Positions 1-13,947 of a stretch of DNA of 64,000 bases are shown here, in pieces (the first letter of the stretch is position 1; every line of letters starts with the position of its first letter). The stretch spans positions 7,068,001-7,132,000 of the forward strand of contig CM022665.1 in NCBI GenBank assembly GCA_012295275.1, in the 5' to 3' direction. This stretch comes from Chrysomallon squamiferum. Lineage: Eukaryota; Animalia; Mollusca. Made by a program: the position numbers and the translations under genes. A model generated the notes under the pieces. The model ran no database searches. It worked only from the letters and a program-made list of their open reading frames with translations, and had not been told where the DNA came from.

Positions 1-55
1 TATGACATTCTCTGCAGCAAGCCTTTGTTCATGAGTTACAAGATTGGGAGGTGCC

Positions 56-89
<34 letters not shown>

Positions 90-1959
90 ATAATAACTTA
101 AAAATGTATGATAAAATAATTATTATTTCATTACCTAAAATTTTTAAAATGTTCAGAAAAATGCTTGATTTATAAAACATTTTCTAAACAAATTTTAAAA
201 CTTCTTGGGTTTTTAATATGTTTAAATTTGAAACTCTTTAAAATTATTTTTCATCGTCTGCCTATACACAAGCTGATGAATTGATGAATACATTAATCCC
301 TAACCTCTGAAAGAAAAATTTAATTTATGTGGCTAATGGCTAATGGCTAATTAATAATATACATTATTGATGTAACGTAATTGAAGATGATATTCCAGAT
401 GCCAGACTGGATACTCTAATCAAATCTGACAAAATGGAAACACTGTTTGTAGGTATATGACAAAACACGCAAGTGTGGTGCTACTGCAGAAGATTGCCTG
501 ATTGTTGTAACTCATTTTTGCTTATCCTGAAGAGGGTTCCTCAAGTTTCTGTTTAATCACTAATTTTACATAATTTAAAAATAAAATATATCATGACATA
601 GTATACATATTCTGCTTTATCACAGTTTTCGTTTTTTAACATGTCATCTTTGATAAACAACAGACAAATTTACTGTTTCAAAAATGATTGTTGTGTGTCC
701 ACGGTAAGCTTACTTGAGTCTTTAAATCATATACAAGTTACAATTTATGCATTTCTTTCAGTCTGTCAAATTCCATACAAATATTTAGGGTAGCAGATAG
801 TTATTTTTGGATACCAAAATGAGGGGTGTTCTCAGCAAATGACACGGCCACAGCTGATGTCATACAAGTTTGATATTTCATTTGTTTTACTGAGTGACCA
901 AGTATTTATGTGGCATAATGCAAGGAATATATGGTATGATACTTCTAAACCTGTCAAAAACTCTATTTCCAGATATAATTCATGCACATTGGTTTGATTT
1001 TTATGAAATATTAGATCTGAAGGCATAAGGCTAACTAATGCTATTAATTAACTGGTAAAAAATAAATGTTAGTAGAATGCTTGAATATTAAAAAACCACT
1101 ACAATTCACCAGTCTTGAAAAATGATCATTTTGTATATTGGTTTAAATCCTACGTGTTTTTGAGAATTACATGATAATTAAGGCGTTAGTTACATTTGAG
1201 GTAATTAGTGTGATTAATTAATTCAAATTCACGAGTATTAGCAACTTGCTTTAAAATACTGTACACCTTTAGAACTCATCAAATGCTTCATTTTGATATA
1301 TGATACATGTATTATCGATTAAAACTGTATGAGATGTACAAAATGACAGAAACTAAAAAAACAGTTTCTCCACCGATTATGAAGGAAAACTACCCTCAAA
1401 CAAAAATCCGTTACTTTTTTCATATCGATGCCATCAAAGAAATATTGTCATTTTAATATGCTTTTTTTTGTTTTTTTTTTTTGTTCTTTCTAATGATGTA
1501 CAATGTTTTAGGAAAATAATGCTTTTGATAAAATTTAAACATACCTACTGTTTGAATGTTTCACTTTAAAACAGAACGGAAAATTATCCATAAACTATAG
1601 CATAAAAATCTATTCATTTACTTGGTCATATAAACCAAATCAAAGTTCAATATATGAAATATTTATTGTCATTACATTTCAATTTTAAAATCCATTTCAT
1701 TGTTTATTAAATACAGTAAGTTACGTAAGATAACCGACAAAAGGTATCGTTTGAAATTGGATATAAAAACACTAATAATTAGTCTTCAACAGATAATCAG
1801 TACAAATAAAAATTAATCAGAATTCAGTATGTTAAATCATTAATAGTAGAAAAAACGGTTTGTATTTACTATAATAAGATAAGTCGTACACGAAGCTTTT
1901 ATACATACCAAAATTACTTGTGACGCTTGTTCAAGTTCGATCATCGCATGATGCGCCAT
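1..1959 (-). CDS. XPO4: Exportin-4, first two coding exons (partial; continues past the left edge)
   Basis: Exon 1 is 1909..1959 (MAHHAMIELEQASQVIL, donor GTATGT). Exon 2 is 1..54 (APPNLVTHEQRLAAENVI, after a poly-T tract and TAG acceptor). The join is phase 0. The peptide resembles the vertebrate XPO4 N-terminus as I recall it (..QLENAAKVLMAPPSMVNNEQRQHAEHIFL). Not in the ORF track. Confidence 0.85.
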
Positions 1960-2742
1960 ATTCTTTTCTTCTTTGAGTCATTCCCTTCTCTATTTTAAGC
2001 ATACGTTTAAATATTAATAATAATAAAATAAAATAAATGTATTTTTCTTCTTCTTTCTTAAATTTAATTCTTAGTCTTAGCATCTTCCGACCCCGAAAGA
2101 ATAATAATAATAATAATAATAATGATGATGATGAACTTTTTGAAGTCAAATTTAATATTTCAGCATAGATCAGTCATTTCAAGTTTGCTGATAACAAATA
2201 TTCCTTTTTTTTTTTTTTTTTTTTATCTCTCTCTACCTTGTTTTAATGTAAACGAATAATGGAGTTATTGTAGCCAGAATAATGCTCAAACTAAGCATTA
2301 CCTTACAAAAAGTGTACAATGTGGGTTTTTGGGACTTCACTAGCAAGATATATGCACATAAGAGTTTAAACATGAGATATAATTATGTTAAGTTTTAAAA
2401 AAGAAAAAAATTAAAAGTATCAATCTGGAAGTGTAAGTGCAGTTTGTGTGTGAAAAAACAACAACAACCAACTTTTTAATCGGTATTTTCTTACTATTTT
2501 CATATTATCGTAATATCGAGCTGTCTTTAAAAAATTAATGCTGGACAGGCATGTGCTGCTACCTTCTTGACCCTTTGAACTGAAACTACATATTTTGATA
2601 CAAGTATTCAGCTTCATAATACAAGCTGAAATTTTCATTTAAATCACTAGTTTGTAAAGTTTAAATATATTTGCTTTTAATTTGTTTGGGAGAAGAGTGT
2701 TCCATTAAAGCATATTATTATCATACCTAACCTGTGCAGTAA

Positions 2743-2803
<61 letters not shown>

Positions 2804-2918
2804 GCCATCAACATCATCATCATCAAGATTCAGAATTAAATGCATTCGCTGAACTTTAAGGCAGACATCGTGCACAACATTTTAATTTCTGTCGTTCTTT
2901 CATCATCATCAATCTTCA

Positions 2919-2967
<49 letters not shown>
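2743..2967. repeat. (AAT)n at 2743-2802 and (ATT)n at 2921-2967 with adjacent (CAT)n runs
   Basis: Read directly from the sequence. Confidence 0.9.
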
Positions 2968-5900
2968 CGGGTGTTACAATCTATATACTATATAATCACA
3001 CCTTTTTTCTTAAACAGGATGCCCATAGTGTAGTAGACCTATACTTTGTTCCGTAGGCAAGGCCAACTACTTGTTTCTCAAAAAAAACACCTTTCCAATT
3101 TTTTTATATGAAATTATTTTGATATTTTCTTAAAACAAAAATGTATATAAAACCATGGCCCATAAAGGACGGTCTGTAATGCACCCCTCTGAGGTCTGGC
3201 CTAATGGTACTGCCCGCACTATCGAGTTTTATTGAATTTAATCTGTTGTAAAGAGGCACGTGTATTAATTATTTCTAAACGTGATCATGAAGCAATATAC
3301 AATTACACAGAATAAAACATAAAAAAAAAAAAACCAGCACATGATAGTATCATCTAACGAAACACTCGATCTTATCTGAATGGTAGCTGACAAATAAGAC
3401 TGTTTTACTTCAAGAAACCTACACAATGTTGTTATTCCCAGTCACACAACTAAAACACTACTTGACAGAATATCATTGTTGTCTATTATTTTATATATTC
3501 ACATTTTCTTTTGACATTTGACCTTTTTTGATCTCATTATTTTCGGCGTAATGAATCCATGTCTTAGAATTTCGAGATTCACCTATGTTCTTATAAAAGA
3601 TTATTTGCTGCCGATCAAAAAGAGTATACACACTAAATATTATGTGCATTATTAATATATAACAAAGTCTGTGGCTGATAAATAAATCTTTTAATATTAA
3701 AATATAATGAAGTATCGTAAACATTCATTTATTCAAGAGCTCTTGAGACTGTGATCTGTTTGCCAAAATTTTTTTTAGCAGCATTTTACACGTTTGACTA
3801 CTTTTGATCCAAAATAATCGCATGCTATTTGTTGCACACACTTATATATACTTATGCTGAAAGCTGCAGTACAGACATTAGAAAATATTGGTTAACAATA
3901 TTTGAGAGTAATTCGGAATAAATGAACTCGTATTTCTTTTTGTTCAAGTCAGGATCTAGAAGACGTTCGGAACCTGTGATGCGGTTATTCGGCGGAATCT
4001 CCCACTTTCATCAGTTTACACAGAAAATAAAAGATATGCTAAATATTATGTAAACAGATGGGTGGGGTTTTTTTATTTTTTGTTTTTATTATTATTATTT
4101 TTTTAATGATTATGATTATTAATACTTAGACGTTAAAACCTGCCACCATGGATGAATATACAGTGTTTTCCAATTATTTGTGCATTAAATAACTTAAATA
4201 AATAAATAAACAAATAAATAAATAAATGTACTGAAAGCTGTTAATTATGGTTAAGCTAATACTGTAGTTGAATGGTGTACGGTTTAACATTTTTTAAATT
4301 ACACTGATGTTGTGGGTATTAAATTGGCATAACGGGGACACATGTAAACGTAGATTACGGTGGACAAAAGCTAGTATTTACAGTTTACACAAAAGGCAGT
4401 TAGAACAGAGACCAGGCGACGTAACCCCTAGTAATCCAGTGATTTGAAATAAGCAGACCTTATCACAATGCGGATTATTGTTTGGGTTCACGAACATGCG
4501 AACTGTGCACTGCTTGCAAAACACAGCTGAATACAGAGTAGTTTTGTCTTCATTACCTTGAGAATATACTAATGTGACTAACAAGTATGATTTTCTAACC
4601 AAAAAAGTAAGTAAATATTTATTCATCGTTTAAAATGCATGTAGACTGCGCTAACAATCATTCACTGAATGTAACTTGGACTGTACTTGTAACCGAATAT
4701 TATTGTTTAGTGTATTATTTTTATTATTCTTAGGCTTTGTATAATATGTATTTGAACTGGTGTTTTTGTATATATTATACATGCTTATCCATACATACAT
4801 TCATACATACATATATACAAACAGACGGACATACATACATAGTTAGAGATATGCAGATACATACATACATACATACATACACACAGACACATATGCACAA
4901 ACAAAAATACATTATTATTACACAAAATTTATGATACAGTGTAAGCTAAACTTATTTGCACCTGTAATTTATTAGTAGTAAGCTGAAAATAAAATAAGTT
5001 CATAAACAGATTTTTTTTGGTTTTAATTGTGTATTTTTCCACGTCTCTTGTGATATTCTGTATGCAATTACTTCTAATTTCTCTACTAGTGGTTTATTTA
5101 TTTATTTTTATTTTTATTATTTATTATTATTTATTTTGACTATGTCTGTGTCTAGATCTTTTACAGTTAATGAGAAAATGTGCATAGATAGTTTGCACCA
5201 TTAAATCAAAATTTCATTCAATTAAAGTTGAGAAAACTGACATACAAATTCAGTTTGAAATGAATTACTGAAAAATCCATGAACACAGCAGTGAAAAACA
5301 TTTTGAAATAAGATAAAATGAAATTGGGCAATGATATATTATTACCACTAGTTCCATATGTATAGAACTTAAAATTAAACCGGAATAGAACTTAAAATTA
5401 AACCAAATTACTAAAATGATTATTTATGAGAGTATCCCAAATATCTAAGAACATTTTTAAACTGGGGTACTCTACCCGCGAACATTTGAATAGGGTTTCC
5501 TAACGCATAAGTGTTACACTAATAATACCCGTAAATAAGTCTTATATAATTACTATAATTTTTAGGGGTTTTTTGTTTATAATAGTGATTTAATCTGCTT
5601 TTGCATTGTACAAGGAAATATAACCTAAAATTAAACAGGTAAAAGATAAAATCGAGCTGTCGTTATATATGTAATTTTGTGTATAATTTCTGTGCCCTGA
5701 AGTCTTTTTTCTTTTCTTGTTTGTTCCAGGTGTTTTGGTGGGGTTTTTTTTTTTTTTTTTTTTCAATACATATGTGCACTGACATGATATTAAACAATAA
5801 TAACAACAAAAACAATAGCAACAATGGTAACAAACAATAATAACAATACGAAGTCATAAATAACGTCTGGGTTTTAGAAACAGATTAGTATTTAAACCTT

Positions 5901-6947
5901 CTCAACAACTTGTAATATTAACAGTTATCGGTGTATAGCATACAGCGTTGATTAATGAGAAAAGCAATGCTACCACTAATGAGTTAATAGCAATAAATGT
6001 ATTACATTCACCTTTTTATACTGTTAGTTGCTACATCTCGGTACAAGAAAACTCATTTTTCAGTTATCTACCAATGCTAGCCGCAATGGTATTAATATCG
6101 AAAATGATTAATTTAGCTTAAAAGAATAAATTGAAATACGTTAACATCATATTATGTAACAGTTTAAATCACGTAATCAGCTGTTGGGCTATTAAAGGAA
6201 ATTAATAGACCTAAAAAATAAAAAAATAAAAAAACCCAACAAATTAAATAAATAAATAAAACAAAATTATATATATATCATAAATATATATATATTTAAG
6301 CTAAATATATTAATGCGGGGGACGGAGTGCTGACAGAAAACAGGCTTTCAGAATCTGTTTAGCTTGATAAACAATGACTGTGCACGTAATATTACTCGAT
6401 ACGAAACCAGACATGCTTTTAACAGTTCTCCGTGGTGTGACAATGGTTTCTTCTTTAGGTATATTGATACGTATTGATATTTCTAAGCTTTACTAGTCAG
6501 CATATATATTTATTAAAAATAATATGGATGAAAATAAACCGAGGTATGAAATGAACTGAATTTTGATATTTTGGTAGACATTCGTGAATGTTATGAATTC
6601 CTGATTGGGCTATGTAGATCCTTTTCATTACGGTACCTTTCGCATTTAAATCTAATAATCTCAAAATATTTTCTGAACGTTCTTTTAAGTCACCATATTT
6701 CAGATACAGACATATAAACAAATTTATGTTTAAAGTTTGTTTCCAACATTCATTTTACATTCTCAATTTTTAATAGGGTGATGTAGAATTTTTTCATTAT
6801 TAGGCGATACGTTTTACATTTGAATTTAATAATGTCAAAAACATTTCTTACGTTCTTTTATAACGTTATGAGGACGGATGTTTCATATACAGACATGTTT
6901 GTGTTTAAAGTTTGTTTCTAATATTCATATAATATTACAGAATAAAA

Positions 6948-7375
6948 ATGTCTGAAACAAATATGAAAGACAATGGTTTACCGCAAATAAGCGATATGAA
7001 AAAGAAAACATCAAGAACGAAAAGTGCGACCACGAACATCAGCAGTCAAAGGTTATCTTGCAGACGTAGTTCTTCCAGCACAAAACCCACGGAAAAGAGA
7101 TACTCCTTTTCAGTTCATTCTGCCCCGACAGGCAGAAAGCCAGTACAGAACGAACTGTCACTTGGTGAACAGTTAGAACCGTCATCTATAGAAAAGAAGA
7201 GAGAAAAATTGAAAAGTGGAAAGTTTGGACCATATTTCCAGAACTATTTTCCTGGGGTGTCAAGGAGAAAACCTATTGAAATTCGAGAACCTTCTGATGA
7301 CGAAGATTACGACACAGATCTGGAAGAACAATTAGGTATAAATTATAATTCATACCAACTGGCAAATACAATTAC

Positions 7376-7463
<88 letters not shown>

Positions 7464-8955
7464 TGCCGAAACTACATTGAGGCAAATGAGGCAAATGCCT
7501 CATACAGAAATTGACGATATTTTAAAAATTAACATTAAAGACATCTTTCGAAAACGAAATAATTTAAACCTTATTGAAATGATGTCGGGATATATAAATC
7601 TAACAGTTATTAATGCAGTAAATGTATTCATTTGAAATGCACTCAGTAAGTACATAAAGAAAGTGATTTTAAATAAACCGAGCTATGAAGCGAACTCAAC
7701 TTTGACACCACACTAAATTTCAGAAAAGTTAACATGATTGACACATATGAATTTAATATTTACTTTTTCTAATATCATAACTGCCATGATTATGGTGAAT
7801 GGAAATTCATTAATTTTTTTTTTAAATTAATTAATTAATTAATTTATTTATTTATTTATGTAATTATTTTTAAACTAAAAACTATTATTTTTTTCTGAAC
7901 ACAGAACAGGAAGTTGAGCCTGAGGAAAACGACAACACAATTTTTCGCGACTACAAAAGGTTATGTCGGAAACTGAAAGTTGTACCTAACAATTTTTTCA
8001 TCCGCCACGGTTTGGATGAGAAATTCACAATGAGGTATCGTTACCCCGGATATAATGATGTCAGAGCACTGATGCATGACATTCAGGTAGAACAAACTTT
8101 GAATTTTGATCTAACCTATATAGTAATTTTTAGCATGTAATGTAAATTTGAATTCTAATTCATTAAGATTACTTCATGAATTGTAAAGAACGACTGAGAG
8201 GTTTCCAAAAAAAGATCACGAAATAATTTCACTGTTGTACAAAGTCAGTTATAATTAAATGATATATTTATAAATAACAATTTACTTTTTAATTTCCTTT
8301 AAGATTTATTTCGTTTAAATTTAATTGTCTCTTCATATACGGAAGTCTATACGTGAAATTAAAAATAAAAAAGTAAATAAAATTAAAAAGAAAAAGGATT
8401 TTTGTTTGTTCTTGCAGTCTAAAGACACAGTCTCAAGTTTGAATCTGGAAGACAATGGGATTGGTCCTGCTGAAATGCTGCATCTAAGTCAGATGCTGCT
8501 TCAGACAAATTCAGTGCAGGAATTAGTAAGTTTGGGAAATATTTTTCTCATTTTTCTTTATATTATAAATTCATTCTGGTCTTAGGTTGTGAATATAAAA
8601 ATATATAAAAAATTATTTCTTACTAATTAAATGGACTGGCGGAAGTGAGTTTCATTCTTATGCAAGAAACCTATTAGCTCTCAATGTTTAACATGTATTA
8701 AATATAATTAAACATGCATTCATTAAAGTGAAACTGTCGAGATGTTAGTAAGTTGTAAAGTTTTAATTTCTAATGTAGTAACTTACATATGCAGATTTTT
8801 TAAATATAAAAAACATTATATTTTCAGAACCTGATGGATAACAAGATTGGAACATATGGTGCACGGTTGTTAAAAACTGTACTTTTGTACAATAGACACT
8901 TAGTAAAAATTGATATATCAGGTATTCGTACTTGTATTCTACAGTTAATGATTTA

Positions 8956-9003
<48 letters not shown>

Positions 9004-9661
9004 TTATACAAAGAAAACTTTCAGATATCTAAATCCACCAAAAGAAAGATTATCAATATTAAAATAATGTTTAATATTGCCTTAACTGTTGCTCGTGCAT
9101 TATGATTTATTTCAACAGAAAGCTTACTAATAAACACGAATTATGCATTTTGGTCATAAAATTAATTATTTCAGAAAGCTAGCGTTTTTTATCAGGTAAC
9201 GGTTAGTATATGTCTTCAAACGTAATCTGAAAAGAGAAAAATAAACAGTATAATAAAATCCCACAACAATTAGTATAAATTATTATTTGTACAAACATTG
9301 TAACATTTATTTCAGGAAACAAAATCGGAGAAAAAGGAGCAAAATACTGTGCAGAATTACTAGAAGTACGTATCTCATATAAATCTAATAATTAGTGATT
9401 CAAATAATTACCTACAAAGAAAGATGTTGGTATTTTCAAAAGAGCGTAGCAAGGATTACCTAACAAATAATTTAATGTACAAATACAAAATCAGTTTTGG
9501 AAAAATACTAGTTACATTCGATTAAATATGCAAATTATTCTCAATTTGATATCTGTATATATAGTAGTTGAGTAGTAATAGTTATAATAAAATGTTTCCG
9601 TAAATTAATTTTTTTTATTTTCTTTTCTTTTTTAAAGATATTTTGATTGATAAGATTTTTT

Positions 9662-9713
<52 letters not shown>

Positions 9714-10455
9714 AGGAAAATAAATGTCTTTTTTGTTACTTCTATGTTTGAAGAAAGAAATAAAAAAAAAAAAATGTGCAACATTAAACAAGAAATTTAT
9801 AAAGTTTATGAAAAATAAGAAGAATAAGTAGGTAAAAAGAAAGAAACAAACAATCTGTCCAAAATTCATTAAAACATTAAAGAAATTTTTCAGAGAAACA
9901 TTCATCTCAAAGAGTTTAATGTGGCACACAATAGCATAGCAGAAAATGGAGCTCTGTATCTGGGACAAGCTATCAGTGAGTTTTAAAAAAATATCCAGTT
10001 TTATATGTATAAAATATTATCCAACTTCTGAATTAAATATTACTACTACTATTACAACCACTACCATCACCACCACCGCCAGGATTTTTATTATCATATT
10101 CATCATCATCGTCATCATAATCATCATCACTAGTTATATAATTATTACAAATAAATAAATAAATAAATAAATAATAGAAATGTTTACTGGATTGTTGTTA
10201 GTATTTTCTGCCTTCATGTGAATAGTATGATTTAATATAACAACAATTAACATTAATATATGTCGAGATGTCATAAACATTTTATTCATTTCATTTCACT
10301 GAAACCTAAATTTTTATACATGATTAATATATATTTTTTTAAATAATAAATATAATGAATGTATATATTTTTTAATATAACCAAATGAAAATCATTGCTG
10401 AAGTTGAGGTAAAATGTGTTAAAGGATACTAGTAGCTGACATGTAATAGTTATAA

Positions 10456-10490
<35 letters not shown>

Positions 10491-12212
10491 ATGAATAGCG
10501 ATATAAAGTAGACCAGAATATGATAAAATACAAATATCGTTGAATTGTCGATTTTAAAATATTATAATTTGATTCAGGTACAAATCACACTCTAGATATT
10601 CTGGACATCAGTTGGAACAACATCAGTCCAAAAGGAGCAGTGATGTTTGCACGAGGACTGAAGGTGAGAAAATGTAGAGATATTCGCGGTCTCTATACAT
10701 ATTATTTTTATTATTTTTATTATATTTTGGTTTTCAAAGGAAGGATTCTACTGGTAAAAAAATATATGATACTCAAAACAGAACTAAAATAAACGTCAGT
10801 AAAATATAAACAAACAAGTTTAAATATCCTTTGTGTTTTTGTTTGCAGATCAATATTAATTTAAAAGTTTTGAAAGCGGCTATGAACGGATTTCACATAC
10901 AGGGCACGGAGGCATTGGCTGACGTCCTCAAAGTTCATCAGTCTTTGGAGTGTCTGGACATCAGCGCAAACAGGATTCCAGAAGAAGGCGCCGTAGCAAT
11001 AGCTCGTGCTTTACAGTTTAATAAAGGACTTAAAGCTTTGAAGGTATAGTGTTTAAACGAGATATGTATGTATGTAATAATTTATTGTCTCTAAAATTTA
11101 GTCAGAACTGTCATGTTTCATGTTTCGTTAGATACAACCATAGTACATGATTGATAAATATTTATTTTAATAAAGTAATCAAAGTTAATAAGTGTTAGAT
11201 GAAGAAAACTCCTGCATATCCGTTGTTTTGTTGTGTTTGTTTTGGGTTTTTTATTTTTTATTCTTGTCTTTGGTACTTGTGTTCAAGTTAATATTATTAT
11301 TATTTCTTTAAATTTATTTGTATACAGATAGGTTTTAATCCGCTCACGTTAGAGGGCGCTGAAGCAATACTTCACTCGTTATCCGGCAAATATGCAACAG
11401 CGGTAAAAGAAGTTGACTTAGAGGTAACAACTTTATTTACAATAATAACCAGTTTTATTTTTATACATAATTATGTATGACAGAAACCTGCATGAACATT
11501 GAAAATCATTTCATTTAAAATCACTTGCAGTAAAATATAAGAATATTTAGCTAGAAAAAAGTTACTAATATCCTGAGGATGTAATTTGATAACTCGATTA
11601 TGACAACAAAATAAACAGTCATCTTTAGTGCCAATGCTAAAAGTTTTGTTTTATTATTTTTAACGATTTTTTAAAAGTGAAATATATCTTTGAACTGTTT
11701 TTTTCTCCTAATATTAACATAATTGTTAAATTTTCATTTAAATATTTAGGAAGATTCATTTCCAAAGAAAATAATTTCGGGAAATAAATATTTATTTTTT
11801 GGAAACATTCGCAGATCTGTCTATGCTGCATTCAGATAAATGTTTGTTTTTTTTTTTGTGTTTTTTTTGTAACTTTATAACTCATTCTTCACTACAGGGC
11901 GTTGCGCTCAATGAAGCTTTTGCAGCGGCAGCTAATAAAGTGATAGAAAAATGCAACATTGACGTCATCTACGTAGTTCAACCATCACGACGTTCCAAGT
12001 CCTACAATCAGCTGAACAAGCTGGTGACATTTTTAAATGAAAACAACGTGATGATCGGAGACTTGTTTGATAATGTCAAAGAAACAAACATCATACTGTC
12101 ACCAGCTGATATCGTTCAAAGATTCAAGGTATCGTTTATAAAAGTAATTTTAAAGTGTATATTTAATGGTACGAACATAAGGCCAAGATTTAACGTATGA
12201 TGATAAAATAGT

Positions 12213-12278
<66 letters not shown>

Positions 12279-13507
12279 CACACACACACTTTTGTTTTCC
12301 TCTTTGCACTTTTAATTCTGACATCTTACGGAGTGAATTAATTGGCAACAGTTTTCGTTCGCACGTTGACGATAGTTTGATTTATAAATTAATTGAACTA
12401 TTAAATTATATTGAAAAAGATTACAACAAATGAAACAATGGAAATAAATAACAAATATTGTTCACAGTCCTGAAAATAAAATAAAAATAAAAATAAAATA
12501 AATACGTTACATGCGTAGTTATCATTTCATAAAAATTAAACGGAAAGAAACAATTGAAGATTTATTATTTCGTTATTAAAAGGAAAAAGTTGTATTTTCA
12601 GAAAACTTTAAAAGATGTCTCTGAGGAAAAGATAAGCAGCCTGCAGTCGGTTCTCAGTGATATAAAGAGTAAACGTTTCTTACTTCAGTAAGTATATTTC
12701 TATACATATTTAATACCATTTAAAAATATTTATTGAAAAAAAAAAAAAAAAAAGTCGACATTACGGAAATAAATACAAAAATCAAGAGGAGTGTGTTTGA
12801 TTTTGTTGCTAGAAATGATATATAAGCTAGAAATGATACTTGCATACTGAATCGTTTATTTAGAATAACTTTTTTTTTATTTTTTTTTTTTTATTATATA
12901 ATTATTTATAATTCTTGTTAATTTTCATTAATATAAAATAATTATGTTAATTGTTTATAATTCTTGCTAACAGCCACACACGTTTAATGAAATACTCTAA
13001 TTTATTTAACATTTAACAACTTGTTTGTCGGAAATTATCTAAATACTTTATACAGTATAAAAAAACAACTAATACTCAGTATAGATTGTATATGTAATAA
13101 TGCTGATATTGTTGAGCTTTTACTATGAGTATCAAGATACCAGTATACATGTACCTGTGTGTGTCAGTGTGCACATAGTCTAGCACACACATAAGGTACA
13201 TAACACAGAACATAAATATCATGAAAAAAAAAAAGTACTTCAGCTTGTAAGAAATATATTATCTGTGCTAATGGCAATATTAATACAATTTTTCTTCAGA
13301 GACCTTCTTGATGCAGCCCAGCAAAAGAATCATAAAAAAGACAGGTTTACAGTAACCACTCCTATAGCTACATACTCGCCTAGACCAGCGAAAAACCCTA
13401 AGTTTGGAAGGTTAAAATCATCTCTATGGTGGAGCCAGACAGAAAATGCCTGGGGTGACAGACTGGTTGGAACGGACATGAAAGTTCCACCATTATTAAC
13501 TACGTGA
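6948..13507 (+). CDS. LRRC74: LRRC74-like leucine-rich repeat protein (RNI-like LRRs, degenerate C-terminal EF-hand-like region), about 601 aa
   Basis: Twelve GT-AG exons stay in frame: 6948-7335, 7905-8086, 8418-8525, 8828-8921, 9316-9365, 9894-9975, 10578-10663, 10849-11043, 11328-11423, 11898-12128, 12602-12687, 13300-13507 (1806 nt). Motifs: DYDTDLE, YKRLCRKLKVVPNNFFIR, LNLEDNGIG, IDISGNKIG, LDISWNNI, LDISANRI, IGFNPL. An acceptor at 6939-6940 suggests an upstream untranslated exon. A versus B paralogue cannot be resolved. Confidence 0.8.
7376..7460. repeat. (AAT)n directly followed by (ATT)n: self-complementary microsatellite
   Basis: Read directly from LRRC74 intron 1. It explains the poly-Ile tail of the ORF-track translation. 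Confidence 0.95.
12217..12288. repeat. (CA)n microsatellite
   Basis: Read directly from the sequence. Confidence 0.95.
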
Positions 13508-13916
13508 CGAACTTAAATCCAAATTTGATTTATTGATCGAGACGATCAAACTGAATCAGTTTTCCAAAAACAAAGAACACAGAACATTTGTTTTCCTCTG
13601 ACGATACCTAACATAAATATTAAATCAAACCATTTAATTTAACTGAGTTTATGCTGTGCATGAGGTTATAATTATAAGAAAATTAATTTTCTGTGGACAT
13701 TTTTATATTTACGTAAATATACTTACTGTAAGAACGAGTAAACACTTCAGTTACGTATCTGTCAAGTTTTGAGTTGTTATTTTTAAATTCATTTTGTTTT
13801 TACCTTCTGTATAGATATTTCTCAAGTATACAAAAGAGAAGAGAAAAATAACAAAAGTAATCATTATACTTTACTATTGGCATATTTCGGTCTGCTTAAA
13901 TGAAATAATAAATAAC

Positions 13917-13947
<31 letters not shown>

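Noticed and set aside
2550-2572. TAGCAGCACA (miR-15/16-like 5' end) on the minus strand
   Set aside because: No precursor hairpin, the rest does not match, and the family is chordate-restricted to my knowledge.
3951-4022. Hammerhead-like arrangement on the minus strand (CTGATGA, stem, GAAT, stem)
   Set aside because: The core has GAAT instead of GAAA, stem II is offset, and no stem I can form.
7336-7514. Poly-Ile tail of ORF 6948..7514
   Set aside because: Read-through into intron 1 across the AAT/ATT microsatellite. The donor after 7335 gives the in-frame LRRC74 continuation.
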